From positions 19,034,001 to 19,098,000 of the forward strand of contig CM022665.1 in assembly GCA_012295275.1 (NCBI GenBank): a DNA stretch of 64,000 nt, written 5' to 3'. Position 1 is the stretch's first letter. The number at the start of each line of letters is the position of its first letter. The notes under the pieces are model-generated. The model had not been told where the DNA came from, searched no databases, and worked only from the letters and a program-made list of their open reading frames with translations. The stretch comes from Chrysomallon squamiferum (lineage: Eukaryota; Animalia; Mollusca). Below, in pieces: positions 46,385-62,199 of the stretch. A program made the translations under genes and the position numbers.

Positions 46385-46994
46385 CACTCCCCCTAAAAAT
46401 AAAATATAGAATCTAAAATTTCCCATAATTTGTATATTGTGGGTATAACTTATCTGCAATAGAATATGAAATGAAAGTTTTTTTTTTTTTTCACAAACAG
46501 TTGCTTATAATTTCTATTAATGAAATACAGTATGATGGATTCTAAGTATATTTTCTTCATTTAAATGACATTCAGATGAACTGTTGTGTTTAGAGTGTTT
46601 ATTTGATTGATCTACGTAGATTTAGCAACGACAGTATTTTAATTATTTTACACGAAATTTAGAAAAGAAATAAAAAATAATTTTCTAAATAAAATACATT
46701 AACATTAAAACAGTCAAATGACAGTGGTTAAAACACGGTTCTATGTAGGTAAAAAAATCCAACATTTTTGTTTTATTATTTAGTTCAAATCAGTATCGCC
46801 TGGAAAAGGTTGTATACAACGCAAAGAACTGACGCTGATGCACACAGTTGTTTTGAATGAATTGTATTTAGGGCCTTGGAAAGATTGTAATCTCTTACTG
46901 TATATCCAAAAATCAAAATCTTCATGTAGTTAATATTCTCTTACTCATTCAGTAAGTAGAAATACTGATGATATGTTTGTAAAATTCAATACGG

Positions 46995-47200
46995 GGTTTC
47001 GTTCACATTACCATCCTGTACCAGCCAGTGCACTGCTACTGGTTTATGCAATTTCTGTAGATGGAAAGTTCCCTTGCTGATAATCAGTAAGAGTAAACAA
47101 GAAGTGGCGGCAATTGACTTCCTCTCATATCATCATTATAAAAAATAAACATATGTTTGACGTTTAAGAAATAATGTGCTGAGGTGTAACTAACAATTCA
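46995..47200 (+). mobile_element. Decayed SINE-like retroposon (MetaSINE-like core)
   Basis: CCAGCCAGTGC...CTGG and TCCCTTGCTGATAATC..AAGAGTA...GAAGTGGCGGCA..TTCCTCTC. The tail TGTGCTGAGGTGT..AACAATTCA resembles the reverse complement of 42437-42465. Related pieces at ~3340-3480, 47571-47643 (-) and 55238-55310. The family name is from memory. Confidence 0.5.
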
Positions 47201-50200
47201 GTCATGAATTCTATATTCTTCTTATAATCGAGCCGTTATTTTTTTCCTTCTTCAAAGTTTAGTAATATTTCAAAAATATTTACAAAATTAATACTTACTC
47301 CAGATATAATGTTTAGAGGATTCTGAGAATTAACGAGTAGGTTTAAGTTTATATTTTCAAAGTCTAATGATGTTCTCACTTTATTAAGAAATGTTGAAAC
47401 TTGCTAAATACATTTACTAGAATCACCACATTCACCACATTTTATTAGTTGAGATAAATTCATTAGAATCTGTATTCCGCCTTGTATTTAATGAATTTTT
47501 AAAAAGCTTTTTATTGGTTTCTAAAAAACAACCTTTTCATAACAAAAGATAACGACGAATTGTTTCCGCAGAAAGAAACAAATGTTTTATTTAATGATGC
47601 ACTTAACACGTTACGGTCATATGGTTAGCAACCATAGAGAGATGATTGAAAATAACTTCTAACAATAAGTAATAAAAAAAGAAATATCGAAAACAGTTAA
47701 TAGTGATATATGACACAAACACTTACACGAATACATATATACAAACAGAGACAAAAAAAATGCACGTATAAAAACATATAAGATGAAGAAGAAAATAAAG
47801 AGAATTCGCTCTTTGGTAATTTTTCATTCAGTAATCGGTGACTGCTAAATCAAACTCGGTTTCGTTTGGCTGTAGAAGAAGAATACAAATGATCCTTATT
47901 ATTTCTGGTTTTCAAATATATTTTTCCACGAAGATATCGTATGCTTACAGCACAAGCTGCGAACGTGAACAGTTTTATTTCTGGCTGAATAAGAGGGAAC
48001 TGTTGATAACCGATTGAGCTAAAATCGTCCAATATACCGCCTTGGGAAAGGTAATTTGTTAATCATTGAGGCAATCTTAAGCAATCTGAAACCACCCACC
48101 TACTTCATTTAGAAAGGAAGAAAAATAATAAAAGCTTAGTTGTCCCTTTTAGATCTGTTCTTGATTAAAGTACAGTTTGGCATGATAAACTATCAGAAAA
48201 AAAAAAAAAATAATAATAACAATAATAATAAAAAAAATTTGCATGCCTTTAGAGAACATTTAATTTTTTTTATATCTTATTTTAAATTTCAGCAGCGCTT
48301 CTTTTGCTTATCAGACGCCATGAATAAAATAAATGAACAAACTCTTTCTTAGAAAAAACTGTTTTTGTAACAGACATTTTTGTTTTACTGAAGTCCGATG
48401 CTATTTTTAAGTTTGGTTTGAAATAAGAACAACAACAACAACACTAATAATAACATTACAATAAATAAATATAATCCGTGTGAAAGAAATGAATTAATTC
48501 ATTTCCTATGCTCCCTATCTGTATTACAAGTCTTGGTAACGATCTGTTAAGCGACACTGAGGAATTAAAATAAGAATCAAAGCCAATGTCTGGAATATAA
48601 ACTACTGCTTGAATGCATTGTTCTGCATAAAAAATAAAACACTATGGAAAGAAAACAACCAGAAACGTTATTTCACAGCATTTGGAAACACGGTGGCCTG
48701 GTTTGGAACAGCATATGGACGTTGTCAAATACTGCAAACTGAATATAACTTGCACTCGATGTGAAATTGCATTAACAATAAGGAGATGAATGGAGCGTGA
48801 GATTAATCAGTTTGGAACTTCAGGCTCTTGGCGAAAGTTATCAATCTGTAAGAACGTTGGATGTACTATTCCAGCTGTAGAAAATAAACCGCTTCACAGA
48901 ACACTAAGGGTTACAAAGTACAGATCTTAGAATAATTTTAATAATGTAAATGAAGTATACCTAGTTGAATATATTATTGTTTTTAATTAAATTAATTAAT
49001 TATCGTTATCATCATTATCATAACAATAATAACAATAATAATAATGTATTGTTGTTAATGTTGTTGCTGTTATACTGCAAGTAATACATAGATTTTTTTT
49101 TTTTTTTATCAAACTAATCGCAAGATAAAAAAGTACCATTTCAATTTGTTGTTTTCTAAGCAGTGCATTTTAACTACAGTATCTATATCAGTTTAAATGG
49201 ATGTATGCCTATTTAATTATTAGTAAGTAAATAGAAATCCATATTATATTTTTAATACAGTGAAAGAAAATGCCTCACGGGTTACGTACAGCTCTGTAGA
49301 TAATAAGACGGTCTGTTTCTGTTTTAAATTGGCATAGTGTTTCTTGCGCGCATAAGTACAAACATTATCTTTTTACCCGTTTATATAAAGAAATCTTAGA
49401 AATATTTGATTACGGTAATAAATAACAAATTTATTTTAATGGAAAAAGATAAACGCTTCATCATCTAAAGGATATGACTAGGTTTATGCGTGAAGTATGG
49501 ATTCCAAGAAAGAATTTAACGACTTGGTCTGCTCCATGTCCAATATCTCTGTTCTGTAGGAATTAAATGCGCTGTTCCCAGAGGAATGCTGTGTCAAATA
49601 AGTCTTCAGGTTCAGGTCACGATGGGCAGTCAATTCAATAAATTTTGAAGACAAAATATTTTCACTCTGCCCTCTATTCACGCGACACGTGGACTCGCTA
49701 CTAACCAGATCCACAAAGTTTTCAATAAGGTTCGCGAAAACGTTTAAGCGAAAACCAGATATTAATATAAAACCCGTTATTCTCTATTGATATTGCTGAT
49801 CAGTCCAAGCCAGCCTTGGCGATATTGTGTGTAAGCCTGATGCGCCAAAATGTGCGGAAATTGGGTTATTTTCTATGTCGTTTGACTGAGATTAATCTGT
49901 CGGTTGCTTATAGTAATTTAAATGGAAAACAAAAACGCCGTCGCTACATTGATCTTGGTAACATACTGATTAATTAAACTGTTAATATGAAGTTCGTATC
50001 CTCACCTATCAGTAATCTACAATACAATATAAAATATAATGCAAATCCTCATTATTCTAATTGATCCCTGCAGTATGTATCTTGACTGGTACATATACAT
50101 CTACAGACGTTGTATTTACCACACTTAATTATATTAATTTAAATGATTATATTCTTCTCGTACAAATCAGTGTCATTATCTATAATTAAAATCGAGTATT

Positions 50201-51797
50201 AAATTTTCCGTAAGATGTCTTTGAAATGTATTGCAGGTACTTACGTGTTTACTTATTTATGTTCATGTGAAAGGATATATAGTTTTGAATGCGTAAATAT
50301 CCATTCAGTTATTCGTTTATTAGTTTATATTTAACCACAATGACTGATGATAAACAAATTACTGAAATAACGTTCAAAGATATTAAATAATACAAAAAGT
50401 GTTTCTGTTATTATTTATTTATTTCAATTTTATAATTTGTCTTCTTAAAGCTTCTTCTGAGAAACCTGCCTAATACTTTGCCGAAAACATCTTAATCATT
50501 TTTAATTTACCTCAGGGTACGTGCAAGAAAATAATTCAGATTAAAAGGACCCTTTTCGTGCATGTTATAATATTAATAAAATATAGAAAAAAGACATTTG
50601 AGAAGTTTTGAAATCATCATATTTTTGCTGTTAATTTGTTTCCTTGATCCCCTCTTTTCCGTTTAATGTTACATTTCCTCCGAGCGTAAACTAACTTTTG
50701 CCGAATGTTTTTTTCTGAATCATTTATGACAGTCCCTTGTCCAAAAGATAAGTAAAACTAGACTATATATTATAATAATTAAGCTGGTATCTAGGAACTG
50801 ACAGCTAGACATGAGCAAATTCCCACTTCATATATAATATTGATAAAATACACACAAAAACATGCAGAAATAAAATCATACGAAAATAGATGCACAGCAC
50901 ATAAATACAGTAAGGTAAATATACATTTCCAATTACGTACATATAAATAGAAACTTAAAAATATCAACTCACAATCTTGACTGTGCAAGCAACTGTATTA
51001 TATTCCAACACTTCATTACTTAAGGTATTTCATTTTGCTTGTAAGAAAGATCTAAAAAGAAAAAACAGTGTACATGCAGACAAGCGGAATGATAAACAGA
51101 CGTGCTAAGTTTCGCAAACAGATGCACATTCATTCGGAGAAATTCAAATCCAAACACTGGGATACAGTTTTCTCTGCTATCTAAACACAGTTCCTAATAA
51201 CATTTTTAACTGTTACAAACTGATATGATGGAACTTTCTGTGTCAAAGAAACCTTTATTTTCCGGCTAATGTAATCTGTTTTAAAATCTCAATTAGTGGC
51301 GGTGTTTAAAACTGAGGTAACTGGTAACGTCTATTTTTTGGAGAAGCCGACACGACTGGGAGATAATGCACGTCCAGATACAGTTTCAGGCTCGCTAAGT
51401 GAATGGGAGTATTTAATAAGAAAAAGAGTAAATAACTAATGTAGTTGTATAATTATGACTACTGACCTGAGATAGATGGAATAATGATCAGAATGACATG
51501 CTGCAGTATTAAATTACCTTTTTGATAAATAATTTTAAACACAAGAGTATTTTTGAAAATTATTTCTTATTCAGTAAACAATTTCATTTGTTAAACATGA
51601 CTACAGTTTAAAACTTTGCATACTTTTTCCGCATATTTCTTCTTTAAGAAACTTAGTAAGCGCCATATCTGTTTCAACCGAGCAATGTTGGTTCTTTATA
51701 ATTCACACCAAATATGTTATGCAGGTGTTTGAACTGCAAATTTATAAATACAGAATATTAGTATAAAAGCAATCCTGGTTAGATTTTCTGTTGTTAA

Positions 51798-52019
<222 letters not shown>

Positions 52020-52106
52020 GTATATTATTTATGTGTATATGTATTTCTTTTCAGTACTTCAACTTTAAAATAATCCTTACTACTGCACCAACAAAAATGT
52101 CAGAAA

Positions 52107-52137
<31 letters not shown>

Positions 52138-53984
52138 AAATCGAGGTCATTGCCAAAACTGAAAGCTTTTTATCATTTTGTCAAACTGGAAACTATAATC
52201 ATGAACTCGTCCTGTGTTTTGATAATTGACCACCTTCCTGCAGCCTGTTGCCGAGTTTCTGTAACACTTAAATGCGCGCAATTTGCGAGAATTTTCACTT
52301 CTTTAATGTGATTTCATCTGCTCTGAGCCATCAGACTTTCACGTTACGACAATTTTTTTGCTTCAAAGAAATATCTGTAATCCGTAACAACATTATGACA
52401 ATTGTTGCTCCAATATCGACTTCTTTCTCTTCAGTCATAGTTCCTGTTGACTGGCATCCATTCATTAGTTAGTGGAATCTGACGTAATGTCAGATTTAAC
52501 CTACAATTGTAATTCCTTCTGAATCCTTTCCAAACTATTTATGAAACTACGAACATTTCTGATCAGTGCTTGTAAAATTTAATATTTTTCTCATTTTTTG
52601 TCCACAAATATAGTTTCTGACAGAAATAAATTTTGTATCTCTGTGCACGAAATCCAGAAAATGAAAGCTGTCAGTTGAAATATGAATTATAGTTCCAGTT
52701 TAAGTCGTAGCCAGTCTTGCAAGTATTTCTGAGACCTATCTGTCGAACATGGCCCACGAAGCTTGGAGAAATTTCATAAGACGTTTCCACGTGAATGAAT
52801 ACCAAGTTACCGGTATCAGATTCAATTTGTTATACGTACTCAATCAGTTACAAGAGCTGTTGGCAACTTTCTTGCTTGAATGCATAAAAATACTTTTCAG
52901 TGTCAACATGCCTGGCAGAATACGAAAAATAAATAAAGCTGAATATAAATAAAGCAGAAATCCAAATCTACTACAAAGACAGATGCTAATGAAAGGTCTA
53001 TGGTGCCAACAGCGAACATAATTCAGTGGTACAGTTAGACATTTAATTTTCTATCAGATCTCTGAAGAAAATCTTCAGTGTAGCCACGACTATTTTCAGG
53101 GCTTTCTCATAATTCAAGTTTTAAATCAAGACCGTTTCAGATAGTACTACCAGTAGTAGCTGTAGTAATAGTTAAAGTAGTAGTAATAGTAGTAGTAGTA
53201 GTGGCAGTAGTAACTGCTTAGCAGTAGTAATAATTGCAGAAGCCGCTGCAACAATAATATTATCAATAAAAATAATGATTTACTGTAACTCTAATTGATT
53301 GTTAAACATATTAAAGACTTATATAGCGTCGTTTAGTTACAAGTGGAACCCAGACTTCATTAAAATTGCAGTGATCAAACTAACATTACTAGCCATGCGG
53401 CTTAATGTTATGCACTATATTAAATTCCAACAATTAATCAGTCATTTAAATCGTTCTTACATCCAGTGAAGGTTCAGCCACTTCTCTCTTTGACACATAA
53501 TACAGAAGTTTGGATTATTTATCCACAACAGAATTTGATACAGGAAAGACTTAGGTGTTAAGTCAGAGTCTACCAGTCTTAAGGATGATAGATTTAACCG
53601 TAGCAATCAACACTAATCACACTGAAGCTTAATGTTTTGTTCGACAGTACACAGGATGTAATAAACCAAATAACCTCAAGGCAATTAGAGTCCCCTCCAT
53701 TTTCCAGTTTCTTCTTTATTATCAGAGACTGTTGTTATTTGCTGACTGCGTAAAACCAATTTAAAAAATTACTAAACTCGAACGGTTTCATGGGGCAGCA
53801 GCTGTTGGCAGTTATCACCAACTGGCTCATCGCAGTACCAGTCCCGCAAAGTTTTTTCTTTCACAGACGATATGCAACCAATCGCAGCAAGAATATAACG
53901 TTCATATGCTGTTAACACAAAGAATGATGCAAATAGTCAAAGAGAAAGGCCGAAACCATACATACATATACACGTACATACAAA

Positions 53985-54020
<36 letters not shown>

Positions 54021-54199
54021 CACACAAACACTTACATACAAACACTTACATACATTTGCCCACACATGTTTGTATATATATATATATATATATGGAATTA
54101 AATTAAGCAACATCCAGTTCACAGACCTATAAATCTGTGAATTAAGAAAACAGAGCATTTTTCTAATGAATTATTGGCATGTGACATCTTGCTGAATAT

Positions 54200-54700
54200 C
54201 ATTACTTTCGTGGAGATACTCAATGCACGTGCAAAGATGAACAATGCTCGCGAAATATCATACCTTCCAGCACATTTATAAAACAACAGTGGTTTCTAGG
54301 TTCACTTTTCCGATGAGAGTCGTTTCTTACTGCACATGATGGATGGTCGTACACGTATCTGGAGACAAAGGAACACAGCCATGTTTTCGCAGAAATCCAG
54401 GATACGGTTCCCTTTGCAGGAGGGTTAGTCAAGGTATGGGGATGCGTTTCCTTGCGTTGCAAGATGGACTCCATCACCATTCATGGTTACTTCAGGGGAC
54501 TTCGGTAGCATCAGGAGATACTTGAGAGAGTTGTAGTCCCCTATTTTGATAATCATCTTCAAGCCGCAAGATCCATCTTCAGCAGGACATGGTGTCACCC
54601 AATTCTTGCAGTGTTTTGAAGCAGTTGTTCATGTGCTATGTCTCCCCTCATCCCTTTCAGTTCAAGGAAAATTTAATATGGCGTGGAAATCTTTGACACA
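54200..54700 (+). mobile_element. Tc1-family transposase fragment (pseudogene)
   Basis: Frameshifted peptides VHFSDESRFLLHMMDGRTRIWR, TVPFAGGLVKVWGCVS and ILERVVVPYF...IF(Q)QD match the Tc1 FSDESRF / GG.VMVWG / FQQDNA motifs. Confidence 0.85.
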
Positions 54701-55978
54701 TTCCATGCACCAGTTCATTAAAGATGGTGTTTAAATATGTGCATACATTCATACACCTGCACATGCTTATATGTGTATTTGTGTTTATTTATATAGTTAT
54801 TTTTTCGTTAGTCACATACAGATATATAATGATATATGTCGATTTTTTTTTTATATTATATATATATATACATATACATACACACATATATATTTAATAT
54901 CCCTCTGGATAATCGTCACCTTTTGTGAAGAAATAAGCACGTTAAATTGTCTGCCTCATCTTCTTCACTCTATCGCGTTTTCTTATCTTCGCAGATACCT
55001 TCATACTCGATCAGTTTCTTAGTATCACGATTTAGCGCGGTTTGTCCAATGAAGTTATCTCTGGCGAAGAACCAGCGATATCCATTCAAATGTCAGACTG
55101 AGCTGTTCTCCGCCAAAGGATACTCGGGCTATTTGGATCTCTCCCCTTTCGCGCGACCATTTTACTACTTGTTTTTTTTTTCAGCCAAAACCCTACATCT
55201 GGTTTCTCAACTTCGGTCTTTTGATTGTAAGGGTCAGTGCATATAATGATATCTTGCTGCTAATTCATAAAAGTAGAAATTAAGTGAAGAGAGGATGTTA
55301 CCTCTCCCATGGCATCATTGTTGAGAAAAAGCGAATATCTAACAATAATAACAGTTAACATTTGTTTTCATTTTAAAAATATTTATTAAAAAGAAGAAAA
55401 ATACTAATATACCCGTTATAGCAACAGGCACTTCAGTAATCATAAGATGACACAAATAATTAATACAGACAACAGGATCATCAAGAAGCAAACAAATACA
55501 CTCTTGTGTGTATCTATTTTTAATGCATGCCAGTGGTAATCTAACAGTTAAAGAAACAAGTTTAATGATTTCACTGTGTACAATTAAGCATACTTAATCT
55601 CCCTCAGTGGGTACTTCTGCCCAGGGCACATCCATGGAATTAGCCAAAGTTTTCAATTAAACCTAAAACATCATAATTTATTATGTAAATAACAAACGTT
55701 TATTGCTTTGAAATCTTATTTAGATTTCTTTATCACTCTTCCATTTTTGTTTTACTTCAGGTTATCATACAAAATGGAAGAATTTTCGAGATTGCAGATT
55801 GTAGCTCACGGCTGATAAGGTATACTGTGTGGTAATTTATACCCATATCATCAGAATGCAGGAGGAATGCACTGTTCGTACAAAAGGTTAAATCAAAGGA
55901 AAGAGGGATAAAGGAAAACAGAAAAAAAGACACAACAACCAAAAACAAAACAACGTTATTTGTTCTTGTGACTGAATG

Positions 55979-56117
<139 letters not shown>

Positions 56118-56715
56118 CGCGATTGTATATATAGATATGTCAAGAATGATTCGAATTTTCAAATAAACATTTAACGTGATTGCACCATTAAGTCACGTCC
56201 GTGTACGTAATGGTTACTGCAGACAACCTTATTTACTGCAGATTCACCTTGGCTAATGTGGACGACGTGAACAAATCAATCCATTCTTATGATCAACGCC
56301 TTGGCTATCATCATCTGTAAATGAAGCGGGAACAAATATAATCTACACACATGACTCTACCACTGGAAAGGATCGTTATTTCTTTGATTTAATGTGTTCT
56401 CATAGATGTGTGATCATAAACAAGTTTCTGTCTCGCAGTGATGATCACTAGTCATCTCTTTTCAGCGTTTGGTCTGTAAAATAGAAAAAGCCTAACTAAA
56501 AACTTCTGCAAATAATAGTTACTTGGTTTTACGTCATTTAAACGAGTTAATATTTGTCGAAAATAGCATTTTAACTACAGGTCAGTGCAGTTATAGGGGA
56601 ATTTACGATCGGTTTAAAGATTTTAAGATCTCGAAGAAAGAAATAAAGACATATCTTGAAGAAAGTAAAACAGAGAGACATACCTACAAGCATAGATATA
56701 TACAAGCAAAAGTGG

Positions 56716-56784
56716 TAGATATATAGATAGTCAGTCAGATATACAGACAGATACATATAGATAGACAGATAGATAGATAGATAT

Positions 56785-56860
<76 letters not shown>

Positions 56861-56886
56861 GCTGACAGACAGACAGATATAGATAT
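56716..56886. repeat. (GATA)n/(GACA)n microsatellite
   Basis: Directly visible. Confidence 0.97.
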
Positions 56887-57677
56887 ACATGAATAATAAG
56901 TAGGTCGGGACGGAGGTAGATAGTTAGGTTATAAATCTACATACAAATCAATTAAGCTGTCTGACAGACATCCAAACATCGGTTATATAAATATACATTT
57001 TTCTAGAACTCTGTTTCTTTAGAATCAGTTCTTTCATAAATTTTATTACAAAATGGCTTTAGGAGTATCTATTCAACCTCTATCAATAATTTTCTCTGTC
57101 ACCTCAGGCAAATTATAAAGTCAGTGGATTTCATTATCAAAGGAGACAGCGACAGCGGAAGAAAGAGAGAAGCATTGTTTATTATAAAAATTATAAATTT
57201 TATTGATGCTGATGGTGAGTAATTGGATTTCCACCACTGTCCATATAACTGTGTCATCGAGATAACGGTCTTCTCAAACTAATAAGAGAATCTAAGAAAA
57301 TCGGTAAAGTTATTTTTCTTTCAATTGGAGAAAGTTTGTAAAACTAATTTGTACATCTAGACAAGATTACAGTAAAAGACGTATAATTGAGCTAGTCTAT
57401 TTAAGAATTCCACTTGAGTGTCGAGTCATCATTTTGTCTCGTCTTCCATAACACCATTCACTTACAAGTACACGCGTTCATGTCTACGTGCTCCCACAGA
57501 AGTTGTATCACATGGTTTCATTTGTGATGTCACGATCTGAAGCAAGCCTGACAAAAATGATTTTTAGTAGAAAACGAGATTATTTTTTACATGCAAAACA
57601 CATTTTATGATGAAGGCTTATTTCGAAAGTTTTGTAGGAGTTAAGAGAATGTTTAATTTTATTTCATCAATGGAAGC

Positions 57678-57792
<115 letters not shown>

Positions 57793-57801
57793 GTTTATGT
57801 T

Positions 57802-59157
57802 GGTATCCCCCCAATTTTTCTTCAAATATACCATTCAGAATGATTTTCAACCAACATTCCAATAAATTAGTCAAAGTGTGTTACATTAAAGGAATTTGGA
57901 TTACTAATTCCAGTAAATTAGTCAAAGCTAACTAGAGTCAGCTATTTACTAATTAAACTTGAGTAAAGGCATATGAATTACTTTGATCTGCTAAAACAGC
58001 TTATAAAATATCATCTAATATCAAAGCTAACTGGAGTCAGCTAATTACTAATTCAAGCTAATTAAATGCTAAAGCTTCCTTTGATTTGGCAAGTGATCTC
58101 TAACTGAAATGAATGAAACAGTATATTAGGTCATGCCTTGTAGCAAAAATATTATATTCTATAAGATGGAGTTCAGTGACTCAGAGTATAGTTATACTAA
58201 ACTATGTGTATGTCCGACAGAAGGAACTCATTAGTGAAGTGATTTCTTATGAGTGTGAAGGAAGAAGGCAACACGTCTGTAAAGCTAAACTGTACTGCGA
58301 GTGCATTCTTCTTTCATTTGAGGCAATGCATCTGGCGCCAAATTCAGTTCATTAGTTTGGCAGTTCGTTACAACACTGATGAAGAGTTTGCTTCACTGAT
58401 AGCTGCAATTTCATTCGTTCCCGTGGATGAAGTCACGGCAGCTTTTGAAGCACTATCAGCAGCTAATGGTGATGATTCTGTATTACAAATATTGGAGTAC
58501 TTTGAGGACAACTTCATTTACTGCCAGTATGGCAGAGATGGTCAGACATGATCCATGTTACAATGTCGGCATGTGGAACATGCACCAGAGGTTAGAAACC
58601 AATTTGGTGCGGACTAACAACTTTGTGGAAGGGTGGCACCGTTGCGTCCAGTCAAACATTGATGCTACCGTCTGAACTTGTGCAAGTTTATAAATATTTT
58701 AAAGCGTGAACAAGAACTAATGAACTTTAAATAAACCTGATGATTGGCGGGGAAGCACCTCAACCACGTCATCGAAAATACCAAGAAGCTTCACTGCGTT
58801 TGTTGAGACTGGTCAGACAGCGTGAAAACCGACTGTTCTGGACTGTTTGAGTGGATCAGCACACAACATCAAAGTGTGAAAACTGAAAAGTTTCAATGAA
58901 CTCTTGTAAGAAGTACCTTAGTATACATGGTTATAGTTGAACCTCTACTTGTGAATGAACTGTTGCTATACAAAGCTTTACTAGAGAACTATGGACAGGC
59001 TACTGTGAATTTCATTTTATATGTGGTCTATTATTTTTTGAAGTATTAAGAAAATTGTCCTTATACATGTATATATGTCATTATGCTTGAAAATATTTAT
59101 TGGAATAGATTGGGGGGCAGTTATCCAGGAAGAACGTGTCCCGGTTGTCCTAGAATC
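57802..59157 (+). mobile_element. Internally deleted Mutator-like (MULE) DNA transposon with intact ends
   Basis: Perfect 9-bp TSD GTTTATGTT (57793-57801 and 59158-59166). Subterminal inverted CCCCCCAAT/ATTGGGGGG. Fragments ECEGRRQHVCKAKL (FLYWCH-like), FFHLRQCIWRQIQ and WNMHQR...RTNNFVEGWH (catalytic E region). Confidence 0.9.
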
Positions 59158-61042
59158 GTTTATGTTTGAAAATCCGAAGAAAAACACAAATTATTTTTAT
59201 ATCGAACATACTGTTTTCATAATGTTTTAAGGAACCATCGATTTCAAGAAATCAAATGTATGACATTCTTGTGAGCTTCTTGTGACATTCTTCCTTAAAT
59301 CCTACAAAACTGTAAATCAGTAACTTTTTTTTCTTTGACTGGCCTGCTAGCAATAACTAGAAAACATACAAAAAACTTATTCACTTTCATTAGATGCTGA
59401 GTTCATGGGACTAGATCAGGATTGGTTTAATTTAGCTGAAGAAAAAAAAAAAAAAATAGACAACGACCAAGGTCTAAGTTGACTGAGAACACGAAACTTT
59501 TCAAAAGCTGACAAAATTATATCAATATAATCTGCTGAATTGATACTAGTAACAATGTTCTAATAACTGATGTTCTAATATGTCTTTTCAGACGATAATA
59601 ATAATAATAATAATAATAATAAAATAATAATAATAATAATAAAATAATAATTAATTTATTAATTAATTTAAATAAATAGACGTACAATGTTTGAGATAAT
59701 ATTAAAATACGTTAAATGGTCTGAACATGCAAATAAAACATAATATTTTCTTTCTTCCTTTTCTTTGAGATAATTAATTAAAATAATTCTACTTTTATTT
59801 TTGTTATTATTAGTATTTTAAATAATGTAAATAAAAAAATTAAAAATTAAAAATTAAAAAAAGGCTGGTGGTTATGATAGGATTAAAACAAATACAAAAC
59901 AGTTTCAGTAGCAACTTCTCGGCGTGTTATTTTTTATCAGATTTTTCTATTAGAAAACTGATGAAACATTGCAAACATATAAAATAAAATAGTTGCATAC
60001 AAACAACATTATTTCATGCCTAAATGTACATATGAAAATGAATACTTTATCACTGGTAGCAACAGGGTTAAATTGAATATAGCGTATGAAAATGGTAATT
60101 GAAATGGTTAGAATAATTTAAAAAGTAGCAGCTCAACTGAATGGAGAATGGAAAGAGGAACGAAATAAAGAGAAACATAAAATAAAAATATCAGAGAAAA
60201 ACCCCAAATAAAAAGTAAGTAGAGAAATATAATTAATCCTGTTTAATATAATTTCACTTGGTGTATCTCGCTTACAGACGTACATTTTATTAGGAATTCC
60301 AAATGTCCTCAGTTCTGCAAAATTATTCTTTATTACTAATCAAGTTAATCATATTGAGCAAAAACACCAAAATATATAAAAATGTTTTTTTATTATGAAG
60401 TACTGAAATGCGTGTAATTAGATTTTAAAAATATATTCGAAAATAATAGAATACACATGCATATTGTTTGCATGTGTATATACGTTTATGTGTGTGTGTA
60501 AAAGAGAGAGAGAGGTAAGAGTTAGAGACAAACAGAAGACAGATAAATAGTTACTTAGATACACAGATGAATAGAGAAAGAAAGGGAGAGAATAAATGGA
60601 TGTTTGTCTCACTGTCAGTAAATATATCACTTTTTGTGTTTCTAAATTAATTAAGAAAAAAAAGCAACAACAATATTTGTATAATTACAAAATGTTCTAG
60701 TGCACCTCTTGCGTAATAAGCTGTTATGGCCAGTTCTTATTCACCTAAGCATTGAAAAGCAGTGTATGCATAAGATTCTTACGATTTGTACATTTGAATA
60801 ATTACTTAGGGCTATAAATACTCTTGCAGCTGCTAAGCTCTACTGTCTTTTTTTTTTTTTTTTTTTTTGATTTATTTTTCTTTTATCCTGATGCTATTAA
60901 AACAGCATCATAGGTGAAAGTAAACCATTTCACCTCGAGAAAAATGCTTTCCGTTTTCATTATCGCTACATAATATCAAAAACATCATATCTGATAGATT
61001 AATAGGCTTTACTTCTTTATGCTGGGTGTATCAAGAGACCAT

Positions 61043-61083
<41 letters not shown>

Positions 61084-62199
61084 TATAGAAAAAACAATGA
61101 CACATAATTCGCCGTTTGAAAAAAACCCTAAAGGCTGTAGTAACAATACTGAAAATATTGCAGAAAGACAACATGACTCACAGTTGAGTGCTTATATCAG
61201 CACTGACAGGATCGTGTTGCAGTAATAGCAAAATTCACTAAAGGAAATAATGATTATACAAAGACGCTCGTTTCACCGAATGTTTGATATGAGATTAATA
61301 TGTATTACGACCGTCAGACGACCTTGAGCCGCAGCAGATTCTACCCTTCTTTTGTTTGGGTTTTAGTCAGTTAGCAAGTGAATCTAGTATTGCGGATGTA
61401 ATATCTGACAGGCAGACAATAAAGAGCAAAAGACATTAAATAGGCATTGAAAAAAAGGAAATTAATGATAACTACGGAAAGAAATTTCCTCAACTGTATG
61501 TTAAAACTAGTGATGATTCCCATTATTAACCGAAATATCACTTTATAATTTTGAATCTAGTTTTAACCAGACAAATTACTTACTGTCTTTCTGAAGAAAA
61601 CAAAAATGATAAAAATAATAAAAATAAAATAAAAAAATAAAAAATTCTGAAAAGAAGTATGCTTTTGGCACTAAGTTTGTACCTTATTTTTTTTACACGT
61701 TTGTTTCTTTCACAGTGTAAATAGAAGAAATGAAATATTGTTTTCTGTGACTAACACTCGGTAAAACGATTACCAGGTACGCCTAACCTACATGCTTTTT
61801 TTTTGTAGTTTTGTTTTGTTGTTTTGGGTTGTTTTTTTTCTATTGTTGTTGTTCCAAACATAGTTTTTGCTACATCTTAAAATAAAAGTTATTCACAAGA
61901 TTTAATTATTCAGCTTTTATATTTGATATAGAGGCGCAGACATGCAGGCACATACACACAGTAATTCGTTCATTCTCTGCAGTTTATATGCACCTGGTTA
62001 TCCAACAAATACTGTTTACCTTTACTGCTGACTGCTATTTTTATCGCCACTTTAAAAACAAAAAGACAAAAAAGAGAAAAGACATGCAGTCAGAAAATAA
62101 ATTCACCCTACTTAATTCGGAATAGTCTAATACAACCAAATACAGATCACAGAACAAAATTATATAAAATTAGATTTATTTATAGATTTTAACATGTCC

